Of a stretch of DNA of 64,000 nucleotides, positions 50,368 to 63,129 are shown piece after piece. The position numbers and the translations under genes were made by a program. This DNA is from Puccinia triticina (lineage: Eukaryota). Every line of letters starts with the position of its first letter. Within the stretch, counting starts at the first letter, position 1. A model generated the notes under the pieces. The model saw nothing but the letters and a program-made list of their open reading frames with translations. It was not told the DNA's origin and did not search any database. The DNA is taken from the NCBI GenBank assembly GCA_026914245.1, contig CP110439.1, positions 7,006,001-7,070,000 of the forward strand. Reading direction: 5' to 3'.

Positions 50368-53300
50368 CTAGTAAAATTTACCACTCTTATCAGGAAAGAG
50401 GAGCTTTCTTCCACCTGTTTGAGCAAAACAATCAGAGTATCTTGCCTCCCAACCTCGTACCTCTGGGTTGGCATTTAGCTTCCAGCTCTTTTGTAGGGAA
50501 GGGGCAGGGAAGACGTCAGGGGAGGATAGTTCTAGAGCCACAAAGTGATCAAGTCGCCGGATGAAAGCCAAGAAGATCGGGGGTTTTTGGTTAGGAGGGC
50601 AGAAGGAGGGAAGGAAAGTTTGAGACCACTCTTCAGTGAAATAAAAAACTGGCCGTTGGAAAGTGTTGGCCAGTGCTTTGCCGGAGGAGGGCATTGCCAT
50701 CCAATGAGCCATACCGCAACCTTTGGTACCGGAAAAGTTTATTCTGGCCAGAGTCGACTTGATGTTGTGAAAATGTCCCAACTTCACGTACCACTCGCCT
50801 CGTTTGCTGATTTCGTCGGCTAGAGCTTCTCGGACTGCACTCCAAGCGCCCTGACCATTCCCCAAGCACCATGCCACCGCGCAGAATCCACAATGGCCAT
50901 CTGACTCGACATCAAGTATCCGCTTGACCAAGGATCTGATGATGACTGGGAGTTGATTGAGCCAATTCGGTCGGTCAACTGGTTCTTCGGATGGGGGTGG
51001 GGGGACTGGTGCTGTTGGTGGTGGAGGGACTGGAGCTGTTGGCGGTGGAGGGACTCGCGTGGCTCGCGCGGGTCGCGGCGGAGGTACCCAGCTAGATTTC
51101 GGCGGAGGGGCGGGGGCAGACGAGGTTGATTGAGTAGGAGCGGAAGGTGGAGCTGGCTTCTTAGCGGTGGCGCGGGGGCAGACGAGGTTGATTGCAAAGG
51201 AGGGGAAGGGGAAGGCGGAGCTTGCATCTTCCCAGCGGCGCGGGACGTACGTTGCTGCGGAGGGGCAGTGGCAGACAAGGCAGAGTTCACAGGAGGGGAA
51301 GGGGAAGCTGGCTTCTTAGATGCAACGCGCACCGGTTTGAAGCGCTTTGTTGGGACTTGGGCTTTTGGCGGCGGAGGAGGAGGAAGCGCAGGTGAGGAGG
51401 GTGGTGGTGATGGAGACGGCGACGGAGAAGGAGTTGGAGAAGGAGACTGAGCGACTTTCTTGGCGGTCTTTGAGTTTTGGGGTGGGAGTTTCCTCTTCTT
51501 GGGTGCTGGTTCCTTCTTTTTCTTGTCTTGCTTCTTCTTCTTCTCCTCCTCTTCTTTCTTCCTTTTTTGTTGCTCCTTCTCTTCTTTCTTCATTTGTTTC
51601 ATTTCTTCCTTCTCCGCTTTTCTGGTTTCCGCTAGCTTCTGTTTCTTGGACTTCATCATCACTCCTTCTTCATTCTTCCTTTTATTTTCAATGTGTTCAA
51701 AGGCGGAGGGGTCCCTTTTCGTAGTTTTTGATTTGTTTGGCGCGCCTTTTGGACGTCCACGGGTGGTCTGAGCTTGTGTTGGTTCCTGGATCTTCACGAC
51801 GGTTCCAGAGCCTTCCAATAGGCTGTTGAGAGCTTGTAACTGGTCCGCCATCTGCGCGGGATTCATCTGCAGGAGCGTTTTGCGGATCCGGTCGACTTGC
51901 TTGATTTGGGTGAGATCAGCGTTGGTGCCAAGAGCATGGAGATCCTGGGGGGAATGAAAAGACTCCAGTTAGTAAGGGAATGGCGCAGGGGAGGTTAAAA
52001 ATTGGAGGGAGGGGTGGCAGAGGGGCAGTGGCAATGGCCGGACGAATGGGAGTCGGCGGGAGTGGTTCTTCCAATTGAGGGTCCGCGGCATGGCGATTTG
52101 GGAGTCGTTGGGAGTCGTTATTCCAATTCGCATGCTGCACGGACCAAAAATGGGAGTCGTTTGTGTCCCAGGTGCGCGCGGGGGTAAAAGGGAGTCGTTG
52201 GAGAAAAATGGGAGTCGTCCGCCGAGAAATGGGAGTCGTCATAGGAAAAATGGGAGTCGTCCACAAAAACCGGCCATCCAAGGCCCCCCCACATGACAAA
52301 AAGATAAAAAAAGACCCAGATCTTACCTTCATGTGCCACTGGACATGAATATCCTCGGGAAGTATCTTCTCGCCATTCATTGCGCGCTGCCGGAGTGTAT
52401 GCTTACAAGGAATTCCCATCCGACTTTTGTAACACCCGTTGCACCTGTGCCAATTCTCCAGGTCAACACTTGCTCTCAGATTATCCTGCGCCTTCCGGAG
52501 AGCAAAGTGGGTGATCCGGCCGTGACAGAGCAAGAAAATCTTCCCTATTGATCGAAGGCTTCTGATCTTCTCCTTGTGATGCGCTGCGGAGATTTCGTGG
52601 GATTGAGCTTCAAGCGCATTCGTGATTAACTTGATGACGGCGGCAAAAGAATTGTTGGGGCCCAGGAGATAAGATTTGATGAAAGCATGCAATGATTCAA
52701 TTCAAGACGTTGTCCGATGGTCGAAATGAGGTATATCCTTTGTCCAAGCGTTAGCATACTTTTCACACACCGGAAGCCATGTCTCAATCATGTAATCTCC
52801 AAAACCTTTGCTGTATTTTGCGCAAAAACGACTGAAGCTTGAACGGAAATCGCCTGGACTAGTCATCTTGATTAAGTTGCTCCAGTGTTGAAGCATTTTG
52901 AACTCCTTTGCCTTGTTCTTGATGTGTTTTGCGCCATTGGAGACCAAGTTCTTCTGTATGTGCCAAGTGCAAAGCATGTGAGTCAAATCCGGAAAATTGG
53001 ACTGGAGAGAGGAGATGAGAGCTTCTTCTCGGTCGGTCAGAACAACAGCAGGAAGGGGAATCTTGTTCGAGGTGAAAACTGTCAGGAGGGATTCGAGCGC
53101 CCAGTTGTAATAATCTTGTGTCTCTTTGGCGAGAAAGCAGAACGCCAAACTGAAAGACTTGTTGGCTCCAGTAACACCAGTGATGTGGAGGAGAGGCATC
53201 CAATACTTATTTGTCTTGTACGTACAGTCAAGGAAAAGGATCAAATGGTACTGATGGAGAAGCTTCACAGAGAGGGAATGACAGAAAAAAAGGGCCTTGA

Positions 53301-55093
53301 GCTCGCCAGATTCGTTGACCTTTGTCATTGTTGTGAAATTGGTTCCAGCCAGAATTTCATTCAGGTGAATGATGGGACTGATTCCTTGCAGCATCTCTTG
53401 TGCAGCCTGCTTTTGTGCTGAGTAAATCGTATCAATCGTGGCCAGGATTGTCTCGTCAGGGTGCAGCTTCTTGAGGAATTCAAGTATTTGTGCTGGTTGC
53501 AATCCGGCCTTGCCAAGTCTTTTCATTTCTTTGTAGAGAGTGTTGCTGAGCTTACGGTGAACAGTGTGGGCAACGGCGGCGGTGGGGCGGTGATTATGAG
53601 TCGAGTTGGAGACTGTGAATTTCCAGTGGCCCTTCTTCTTCTGGTTGTATACAGCCGCAGCGAACGGACAGCCAATCAATCAAGATGATATATTTTCACG
53701 AGTATCACCTTTACGTTTGTTTTTTGCAGGATCACCTCCTCTGTATCATTTCAATGTGGATTTAATGTCAGTCAATACTAACAGAAGAATGAAAAAGAAC
53801 TGGGAAATAACAGACCTGACACATTTAAAATGGACACTCTTTCCAGGAACAGAGTGTTTGACCGATATCCCATAGCCATGCGCCCAAGCAAATTCCTGGA
53901 TGGTCTCCTTAACTGATTCAACGTCGTCATAATTTCCAGCTGGTGGCGCACAAATGTTGTTGTAAATCGTCCTTTCTCCTTCTTCATTTACTGAGTCTTC
54001 ATTATCCGGTTGATTCTTGTTCTCAAGCTCCATTTCTTCGAGCTCCTTCTCAGTTCTCTCTTCAGCAATTTTCTCGAGTATTTTCTTGATTTCTTCTGGG
54101 TTTTTTTTGGGTGGAACAGTTCCAGAGTTTGGATCATTGTTAGTAGTATTATCTTCATCTAATTCTAACATTACAATACAATCTTCGATAGTTTTCTCTT
54201 CTCTAGCTAGCTCTACATATTCCTTGAGTGTCTTCTTCTTGTCTGGATTATCTAAGCTATAATCTTCATCTTCTTCCTCATTTTCTTTGTGGATTTGATT
54301 TTCTAGTTTTTTTTTGGTGATTTCTTGAGTAAGTTGAAGGAGGAGGGGGTCTAGGGTGACGTCTTGAAGGGCTTCAGTGGTCTGAATGCAAGCTTCGACG
54401 GCGGAAATGGCCTGGGAGTTGGCGGCTGCGGTTTGGAAGTCGGCGGCTGAATGGGAGTCGGCGGCTGCGGTTTGGGAGTCGGCGGCTGCCGTTTGGGAGT
54501 CGGTGGCTGCGGGAGGCTGGGAGTTGGCGGCTGCGGGACGTTGGGTGTTGACGGGGTCACGGGAGTCGGCAGCGTAGGCGGGCGCTAGACCTTGAGCACC
54601 GCTGGCTAGGACGGCTCCTTGGGGGTCTAGAATGGCCAGGGTGGCTGCGTGGTCCTGGGCCGCAAGGCCTTTGGCGGCGTCTTGATTTGCACCTGGATCA
54701 GGGGCAGGAACAGGGTGTTGGGGGCTCAATGCCTCCATTTTGGATGGGAGGGAGTCGGCAGGGGGGAGGGGGCTTACCTGGCCCTGCGGCTTGGGTTTCC
54801 TCGGCGTGCTCGCCAGCCACTGGGGGCTCGGTGTGCTCGTGCTCGCCAGCCACTGGGGGCTCCGTGTGCGCGCCAGGCATTGGGGCCTTGGTGTACTTGA
54901 TGGCGGCGACAGGGGGCTCGGCGTGGTCAACAGCGGCCATTGGGGGCTCGGCGTGCTCCATGGCGGCAACAGGGTCCTGGGATTCCTGGTCGTGGTCGAC
55001 GGCGGCCATTGGGGGCTCGGCGTGCTCCATGGCGGCGACAGGGGCCTGGGATTCCTGGTCCTGGACGGCGGCGCGGGCGGCAGGATTAAACAT
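50368..55093 (-). pseudogene. MULE transposase with FAR1/WRKY-like, DDE, SWIM and C-terminal OTU-like protease domains
   Basis: GCPF..WKFTVSNSTHNH; FLDCTYKTNKY, VLTDREEAL, LCTWHI, RTTS*IESLHAFIK; SWIM-like CYKSRMGIPCKH; OTU DVESDGHCGF..HFVAL; introns, a stop at 52702 and frameshifts. Confidence 0.9.
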
Positions 55094-55537
55094 TTCTTTT
55101 TGTTTGATCAATTGGGCGGTTGGGGTGGACGGGTGGGGGTGATCGGGCGGTTGGTGTGGCGGTTGTGGTGTCTGACTTGTGTGATGGGTGGGGGACTCGA
55201 AGGGGAGTCGGCAAGGGGAGTCGTCACGACTCCCTGGGGGCTCCCGTGGCCCCCGCGGCCGACTCCCAAAATAACGCGGGGGGCATTCCTTTTGGGTGAA
55301 CGACTCCCAAACCACCCGGGAAAAAAATATTAAAAATATTCATAAAAATTGGTGGGGACAACTCCCAAAAAATAATTTTTTTGGGTTGACGACTCCCAAA
55401 AAAGCCGTACCCAAAAAAAGGGTCTAGGTCGACGTCTAGCGCTGGTCGAAAAATAGTCGCGCGGACGTATGGGAGTCGTTTTTCCAAGACCCAAAACTTA
55501 AAGTGACATCTCCCAGCCAAAATTGCAGTTTATGATT

Positions 55538-55742
55538 GGGGTTTCAAAGTTGGCCAGATGCAACTTGCATGCACTTTTGCAAGTTGGTGTTCAAGTTCAT
55601 TCTTGAACACCGAGTTGCAAAAGTGCATGCAAGCCACACTGTACTACACCCCCTAAGCCTTCTTGGATGTTTTTTTGAAATTTGGTGTTCAATAGCCTTG
55701 AAACCAACTTGCAAGTCACGCATGGCCAACTTTGAATCCCCC
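55538..55742. mobile_element. Small MITE (possibly PIF/Harbinger type)
   Basis: ggggtttcaaagttggcca / tggccaactttgaatcccc; interior AACTTG/CAAGTT motifs; TSD unclear. Confidence 0.65.
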
Positions 55743-57412
55743 TAAAAATTTACGCAATTTTGAATACCATAGTTGTAAAGTAGAATTTGTTCATGTAGTC
55801 AAAGGGGAATCCAGACATGATTGACCGGTCCTTGGCCACTCCCTCAACCTGATCTTCAACCTCACTGATCCTTCTCGGGTCCTCAACTTCTACTCCCCTG
55901 ACTTGCTCTTGTCCAAGATCCTGATCCTGCACCCAGTGGGCAGCCAGAACCCAAATGCCTATCAAAACTAACTTATCAAAGTCCCTCCCTATGCGTGAGG
56001 TTGGAGTTTGGAGTTCGGGTGGAGCTTAGGTTTGGCTGGTGGCAAAGCCACCCCTCCCGCAGGGAGAGACTTACACCACGAAGTGCAGTTGACACAGCAA
56101 CAACGCAATGAATTGCACCAGCGCCCCCCCTCCCCCCCACCCCCCCCCCCCCCCCCCAACGCCACCAATTTGATTTTGTGGTTGAAGTGATGTCTCTACG
56201 CGGGAGGCAATTGGCGCCGCCGTTGGCACTTCCTTGACGGAAGCCCTGCGTCAAGGTTCGCCGTTGGCATTTCATTGACGGAGGCCCTTGCATCGGCACA
56301 TCCTTGACGCAAGCCCAGCGCAACACAAAATGCATTGTGCCAGGCTTGCGCAACACAAATTGCAGTACGCAATGCCTGCGTACAATTTGCACTTGCTTGG
56401 CTGGAGCAAAAAGTGCCTCAAGCTCGGGCTTGAACCCAGAGCTATCAGATACCATCTGGTCCAGCAACCAGGGTTGTACTTCCACTGATAGACTAAAGAC
56501 CTTCTTGTTTGGTCATTGAGTGTGCTAAACTAACCCCCACATTTTCTTGTTCAGTATTCCTGCTGACAACCATTTTTCAACATGTTCTCTTTTTTTTTTT
56601 TTTTTTTTTGAAAAATGGAACTCTCATTACCTTTCTCCTAAAGCAAAATCATATATAGAACCCTCACTCAAAAAAAAAAAACGGTTGCTTGCCAACCCGG
56701 ACGGCGAGCCAATCATGACCAATGTTCAACGCGGGCCCAACCAGCCAACGGCGTTGGCTTGCTGCTGCTGGTTTGCCGTGTCAGACGCTCTTCTGACACT
56801 CAGTCGGGCAGACGGGGCCGTCAGGTTGGCCCAACCCAGCCGTACTGTTGGCCTGCTCAGCAGGGCCAAAGGAGGTTGGCTGGTCCATTCACGGCCTGGA
56901 CGCCGCGGGGAAGTCGCGCTCTAGGGTTGTATCTGTGTACAGGGGGAGTCCCACCGTACTTGCGAGACCCCTCTGCGCGGGCCGGGAATAAACGGCGCGC
57001 TTCAGGCGTGCTCTCACGCCGGACTAGCAGCCAGTAGATACATACAGATCTTTTGGACAGGACAAGCTGTACCAGACTGCTAACATTGAGGGCGTCCCGA
57101 AGACCAGGAAGTGGTCTCCCAAGACGCCCGTGTGTGGGTCGGGGGGAGGAATTTTTCCCCCGATCTGCTGGCTTGGTCATTTCTCTCCTGTGGTCCTCCG
57201 GGAGGGAGGACGGAACAGGGAGGAGACGTCAGCAGACCGGAGCCTCCCGGAGCAGAAAGGCACCCGAGGGTGCGGGGGCGGAGGCGCTAGACCCATTTCT
57301 ATGGGTCATAGACCCAGAGCCAGGCGCCAATTGATTCTGCTCAGGTCCCTGGACCCTTCCTGGAAGGTTATAAGTAGCTGGATTGCGGGGATTCATTGCA
57401 TAGAGGGTGGCC

Positions 57413-60400
57413 CTACTTCGTCCAGCATCTCCGGAGTTCGCGCAGTATGTTACTGCTATCTTCATCTTCCTCTTTTGAATAAGCTCTGATGTATAGTTTA
57501 TAACATTCCGAGGTCCACCTTCCTAGTGTGAGGACTCGGGTACTACTCAGTTTGCTATGTAAGGCTATGAAACTATCCAAGAGGATAGTTCGCCGATGCT
57601 TGAGTAATAACTAAGATTATAGTTCTATGCGATTGCAATAGAAGTAAGATTCACAATGGTAATGTAGTCTGTCAGCCTACGTGATGCCAAGGATATTATC
57701 CTTCTAGCTACACGTGGTGCAAAGCAAAAGATTAGAGTTACAAAACTCTAAGACAAGGTTATAAGGGTTAATTCCAACGTAATTGTTGGGAATTATGGCG
57801 TAAGAATAAGGCAATTTGAGCCAATTTGGGCCAATTTGACGTAATAAAATGAATATAATTAATTTTTAAGAGGGGCCTGATAAATCAGGGGTGTTTAATC
57901 CCTCTAGAATGAAGAACTGGGGCCTGTAAACAGGGGTGTTTCAAATCCCAGAAAGAAATGGCGGAGAATCTCAAGAGAAGGGGCTTAAACTTACTAGTGT
58001 AAGACCCTAGAGTCACTTGAGGTTCTTCAGGCGTGAAGTTGGGCAGTTAGAGGCGCTCAGAGGAGGTAATCTTGAGGGCAGGGTGATTACTGGACAGCTT
58101 CAGGGCGGAAATTAGGGCTAAAAATCACAAAAGTAGGTATTTTACCTGGCAAATCACAGGCTAATGAGGCTGTTGAAGGCGGGTGAAATTCTAATGGGTA
58201 ATGTAAAGCTGGGGAATCTCCTTTTGGGCGGAGAAAGGGCCCTTTTTATAGCCTAGGCAGGCCTCCAGGGGCGCCCAGGGGACATGGGGACACTTGTGGG
58301 CGCATTCTGAGGCAATTTGGTTGCGCTAGAAGGCGCTGTGGGTCGTGGAACCTTGGGGCTTGGATACAAGGGTTGCCAAGGACCATTTACAGAGGTTCTG
58401 CGTGATTTTACACATGCCTTACACGTCATGGGGGCTGGTTTGGGGGTTCTGTGATGCTCATTTCCGTGGAAATGTGCCACAGAAGGTACTAGAACTGGCT
58501 TCTGTGTACTTGTACACGTGTCAGCAGTGCTTTATACATGTTCTGGAGGCGCTCATTGATTGCTCCAGTTCATTTTATCCCTTCTACACATTTACTACAG
58601 TTGTAATTTACGTGTAGTGAGGCTTGGGAGAAGCTGGGGCGCTTTCTAGTGTCTCCTGTGCACGCTGCAAGAGTTCTTTTCCATCTAGAATGTTTTATAT
58701 TGAATGACGTGGTAATTACATCTTGTTTGGTGATTAATTACATGTGTACAAGCCCTATAACACATGTAATATTGTTATTGGGGCGTATTCTGGCCCATTC
58801 TTACTTATTGGTAGCCTGAGCGCTTTGGTTGCGGGCTAGTTTATGCATTATGCATATATGTACACTATGGGCGCGGGCTTGAGCTCTAGGCAACAGAACA
58901 CGCGGGCTTGGGTGCGCCACACAACAAATAAAGCTATCTTTTGAACTGTACACAACACCTCAGTTACGTCACTGGAAATGGTTGTAAATATATATACTTA
59001 TATATATATGTGCATACAAGTGCATTCACGTGGGGCGTGATGCACTTGTTTAAACTTTGAAGTTAGTTTACACAAGGAAGGGATAATAATTGAGGGTATG
59101 TGTAAGTGAGGTACCCTAGGTTATTTTACCCGTAGAATAAGAATCTTCTATAATATTTCACATATTAATTACAGAAAGCTGAGTAATTAATTATTTATAT
59201 ATGTATTTAATGTTTTTGCGTAGTTTTACATATGTAAGAGTAATAATGTCTCTTTCATATGTAACACTACTTTTTATGGTTTTGTTTGTATTATTTCTAT
59301 GTCACGGTGGCTCTGCCATAGTAGCCAGCTGACATAGTCTTTCCAAGAGGTTGGAGATTTCTCGGATACACGAAGAAGATAGTAATGGATGAAATGAAAA
59401 AGAATATATCGATGGGGAAAAGAGGACAACATGAAAACCAAAGAAAGATAAAAACAAGAATCCAAATCGAACCGACAAGGATTGTGAAAGAGATACGTCA
59501 TGATCATTTGGATAAGCTCAATTAATCCACCATTAGGATTAGTAACCCAAAGCGCATGACAAGAGATTTGCCAACCAGCAAATTCGCCGGATGAATAAGC
59601 ATTCCCCGCCCAGTAACAAAAAACAAGACATTACACCTAGGGCGCAGAGTTCTTCTTTAGAGGATCTGGTGGAGTTCCTGAAAGAGGTACCTCCGACCCT
59701 GAACGAGTGTCCTGAGATTCCGGAGCAACCTTTCATCATCCAAAACTGAGTCAGTGCCCTACAGGCGTCGGACTTAGTGATGTGTATTCGTTTCCCGGAC
59801 TCCCGATACCCAAAGAGAGAAGTATTTTGGCCGTTTGCGTTCTGGATTCTTCTTTCTAGTGCCAGTATTGGGCAGAGCATTATTTCCATTGAGTTTAAGC
59901 TCAGCTCTTGGGTGACTCCCGGGGCTGCGGTCTGTGCGCCTCTGATCTCAATGGTTGCCTTCTTCCTGGGCGCAGTGTTCCAGATAGCCACGTCGCTAAC
60001 CAAAACTGACGCAGACCGGCGTAAGGGGCCGGTCCTGTCGTTGTAGGTGAGTTCGCCTAGATGGGCTAGTCCCCAGAATGCCACTAGGCAGAGGTCTGGC
60101 AAAGCCTTTTGGAACTCTGTCCCTTTGATCCAGGCAGTGGTTAGCATGACCAGGTGTTGCAACATTACGGCCTTCTTCTTGGATTTGAGGGCGGATTCTG
60201 CGTCCACGTAAGCTGACGATCTGAGAAAGACTGTGACCTTGTTCTTCGAGTCTTGCGGGTATTTTGCATTGTGAAGAGTGTGCCACATCTGTAGCCCGGC
60301 GATATATTTGGCTAAGGTAACGGAGGAAACTTCGTGAGGTTTAGGCGACTCAAAGGTCCTACTGGCCCAGCAGCAGAAATCGTAAATATCTTTCTCTGAG

Positions 60401-60594
60401 AGAGGGAGAGTGAAGGGGATACGTCCTGTTGCCTGAGCAACCTTGAGGTACTTTTTCACAGCGGAATTGTAGCAAGCTAAGGTGTTCCAACGGTAGCCAA
60501 GGAAGAAGTGCTTGTCTTCTGTGGTTATGTCCCTGGGGCAGGAACCTTTCCTGATCAAAGCGGTCAGGTTGGAGAGGTCCTTGGCCGATTTCAT
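57413..60594 (-). pseudogene. Tyrosine recombinase split by a solo LTR
   Basis: AFWGLAHLGEL, SGHSFRVGG in 59636-60594; C-terminus LGRWTSECYKLYIR...CWTK* at 57526-57413. Confidence 0.92.
57527..59635. mobile_element. 2.1-kb solo LTR
   Basis: tgtga...ttaca; 5-bp TSD cctag (57522-57526, 59636-59640); no long ORF. Confidence 0.88.
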
Positions 60595-60744
60595 GATTCT
60601 CGGGTGAAGGGACTTGTTCCAAGGGGAATTGGTCTACCTCTTATCAGGGGGTAAACATCTAGTCTTTTTAAATTGCATTGGGGGAAGAATGGCAGAGGGG
60701 GTACATGATCATGAAACAAACACAGGTGTAAGTCCGAAAACATG

Positions 60745-62360
60745 TCAGACTTGATACAGTCTGAACTCCAAGTCCCATGGGACTACTACTGCTATCTGAT
60801 ACATGGGGTCGTGCCCTGACCTGTCTCCTCTAGATAAGGCGTTGGCGGCGTTCTTGGCTGATGTGACACGTCTCGAGACAATATCTATCTCCATTTCTAC
60901 TAAAGTCTTCTGTATGAGTTTCCACTCTTTTTTGACTGCTGGGTGTCGAGATTTCCGCTGGCGTATGACCATTTCCGTGGTCGTGTTGTCTGTCCAGACA
61001 ATGAGAGTTTTCCCCGGTCGGATGTTCATCTGTTTTAGTGCTATTAGTCCAAGTCTTATCGCCACTGTCTCTAGCCATGCAATATCTCGTTTGGGTTCTG
61101 GACCTTTGTCCCAGTTTTTGGCCAGTTGGAATTGGGCCCATCTTTTCCCGATGAGGATTCCTATGCCGAAGCCGGTAGATGCGTCGCCCACCCACCCAAT
61201 TTCCACTGGGTGGGATCATACGTGTCTCCTTGTACTGAAGGAGGGTTGTGAGCCAGTATTCCAGGTCCGTCCGGGCGTCCTTGGGGAGTGTCCGATCCGT
61301 GTGTCGGTGTTTCCAGTTGTTCATCCACCTGTATAGACTGTTCAGGTAGCAGCGTAGCTGCGGGAGGATATAGGAAATGTGATTAAACCGGCCGGCGAGT
61401 TGTTTGACTTGACCAAAGGAGAACTCTGCTTCTGGAATCAAGAAGGCTTTTATTTGTTGTATCCTTTGGTATTTCTTGTTGTTGGGTAGTCGGACCGTCT
61501 TCTTGGTAGCATTCCAGACAAAGCCAATGTATTTCTGTTCTTCCTTAAAGGGGGAGAGCTTGGTTGCGTTGGTTTTCACTCCCAGCTGCTTGGATTGGCT
61601 GACTATCTGGTCCATCTCTACCGTCAATTGTTTGGTCTTGATGAAACGTTTGTTGTCGACCCAACGGAAGACTTCAACCAAGTCAAATTCTTTCTTCATC
61701 AGCTCTTTCCAGGCATCAGGCGCCGGTCTTCCAAATGAGCCACACCCTGCCACTCCTCCGAAAGCAATTCTGGTGTCTATGAAGATCTTTCCGTTAAAGT
61801 CCTTCACCATTAGGTACCGCCATTGGCTTTCGGCGGTAGGCCTTCTCCCAGTCAAAGATGGCCAGGAGTAAAGGCTGTGTTTGGCATCTGAAGAATTTTG
61901 ACGTTGTCTCAAAATCATCCCAGGTCGTGAGGTAGTCTAGCTTGTCCACAAAGGAGTTAACAGAGGGTATCTCCGGTACGTTCCTGGGGAATGATAAGTT
62001 GTTGATGGGCCTGACGGTCCCGTCTCCGTTTATTGCGGCTCCTAGGGGATTTGTTCTGAAGAAATCGTACCGTTCCATGAGTTCTTTGTGAGAGAACGTT
62101 CCGAACATGCGGCCGGCCGCGATCTCTTTGGCTATTGTGGCTTCAATTTTCTCCCGGGCCAGCAAAGCGCCTTGGTGGTTTGGGGGGGGGGGGTGTAGTA
62201 GGGTACTCCCGGGCCTAAGTTGTGTTCCGGGATCCCTTGGTGGAAACCGTTCGGGAAGCCGAGTAACACATCCTAGTATTCGTCTAGCAGGCCTGCCTGC
62301 TTCAGAGACTTCTCCCATTCTCCTATATTCATCTCACAAGTGACCTTACCGGGCCATCTC
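60745..62360 (-). pseudogene. DIRS-type reverse transcriptase and RNase H (frameshifted)
   Basis: RPINNLSFP, FDWEKAYR, AFGGVAGCGSF, RWVDN, YIGFVW; RH VGDASTGFGIG, IAWLE, WTDN, NAANALSR. Confidence 0.92.
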
Positions 62361-63129
62361 GGCTGGACCTGGTGAGTTCTTTGCTCTGCTACGTTCACTG
62401 GTGTCTCAACGGGGTTCTCCCTTGCTTCGTAGTCTCTGGGGGTGCACGTGAGAGGTTACTCATTAGAAATTGTTTCATAAATGATTTTTATTTCTTGGGA
62501 CAATTGGGATGTGGGGGATCCAACAATCTAGGTGTAACTGTAGGGTAAGGTGGAATCAGAGAAAGAAGGGGGAGGGGATTGGGTGTGAAATAAGAAAACA
62601 AGTGCAAGAGGAGATTGAAATGTGCCAGGCATCTGGTTTGGCAATTTCTATCAGAACGGTGCGGTTCTGTTAGGGAGTGGTACGGAGGGTAGCGTTGTCC
62701 GAGGGGAATAAGGGAATTGCATCAGGGAGGGAATGGACGATGGGTTGGGGGGGGGAGAAAATTGGGGAGAAGTGGTTGGGGACCTATTGATCTCTGTTCC
62801 GGTGGCGCACACTCCCGCTGGTGTGGTTGGGGTTGTAGTGATTTCCCTTGTAAGAGCATCTCTAACGGAGCCGCGACTGGGCGTTCGGGGGCAAACTTTG
62901 GCCGCCCGGGCTCCTTTCTTGCGCGCTAACGGACCCGCAAAACAACCCTGGGAACACTGCCGGGGGCAGTCAAACCCGCGATCACCTGCTGACTTCTGCG
63001 GGTCGCCTCCCAGCCGCAATTGACCAGACACACCTCCATCCACTGGACTTCATCAGCAAAGATGGTCCACAACACACCCCAACTCCTACTCGAAGCTCAC
63101 CAAGACTGAAAAAAACATGTATGCGTTGG

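Larger units (their letters stand above)
39609..55492 (-). mobile_element. 15.9-kb Mutator-like element (MULE) with nested insertions or cargo
   Basis: about 170-190-bp TIRs starting gggtcttggaaaaacgactccca; 8-bp TSD aaaactta (39601-39608, 55493-55500); MULE transposase inside. Confidence 0.88.
35993..55769. mobile_element. TA-flanked palindromic MITE expanded to about 19.8 kb by nested insertions
   Basis: ta|tggtattcaaaattgc at 35993 and gcaattttgaatacca|ta ending 55769; inner arms aatcataaa..caattttggctgggagatgtca (39559-39591) and inverse (55504-55537). Confidence 0.65.
56682..63050 (-). mobile_element. Tyrosine-recombinase retrotransposon (DIRS/Ngaro type), degenerate
   Basis: RT, RNase H and tyrosine recombinase in tandem on the minus strand; both ends approximate. 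Confidence 0.88.

Noticed and set aside
56124..56158. Poly-C tract as G-quadruplex or element end
   Set aside because: No supporting context; simple homopolymer
62651..63043. gag of the YR retroelement
   Set aside because: Position fits but no diagnostic motif, and the region is cut by array 6
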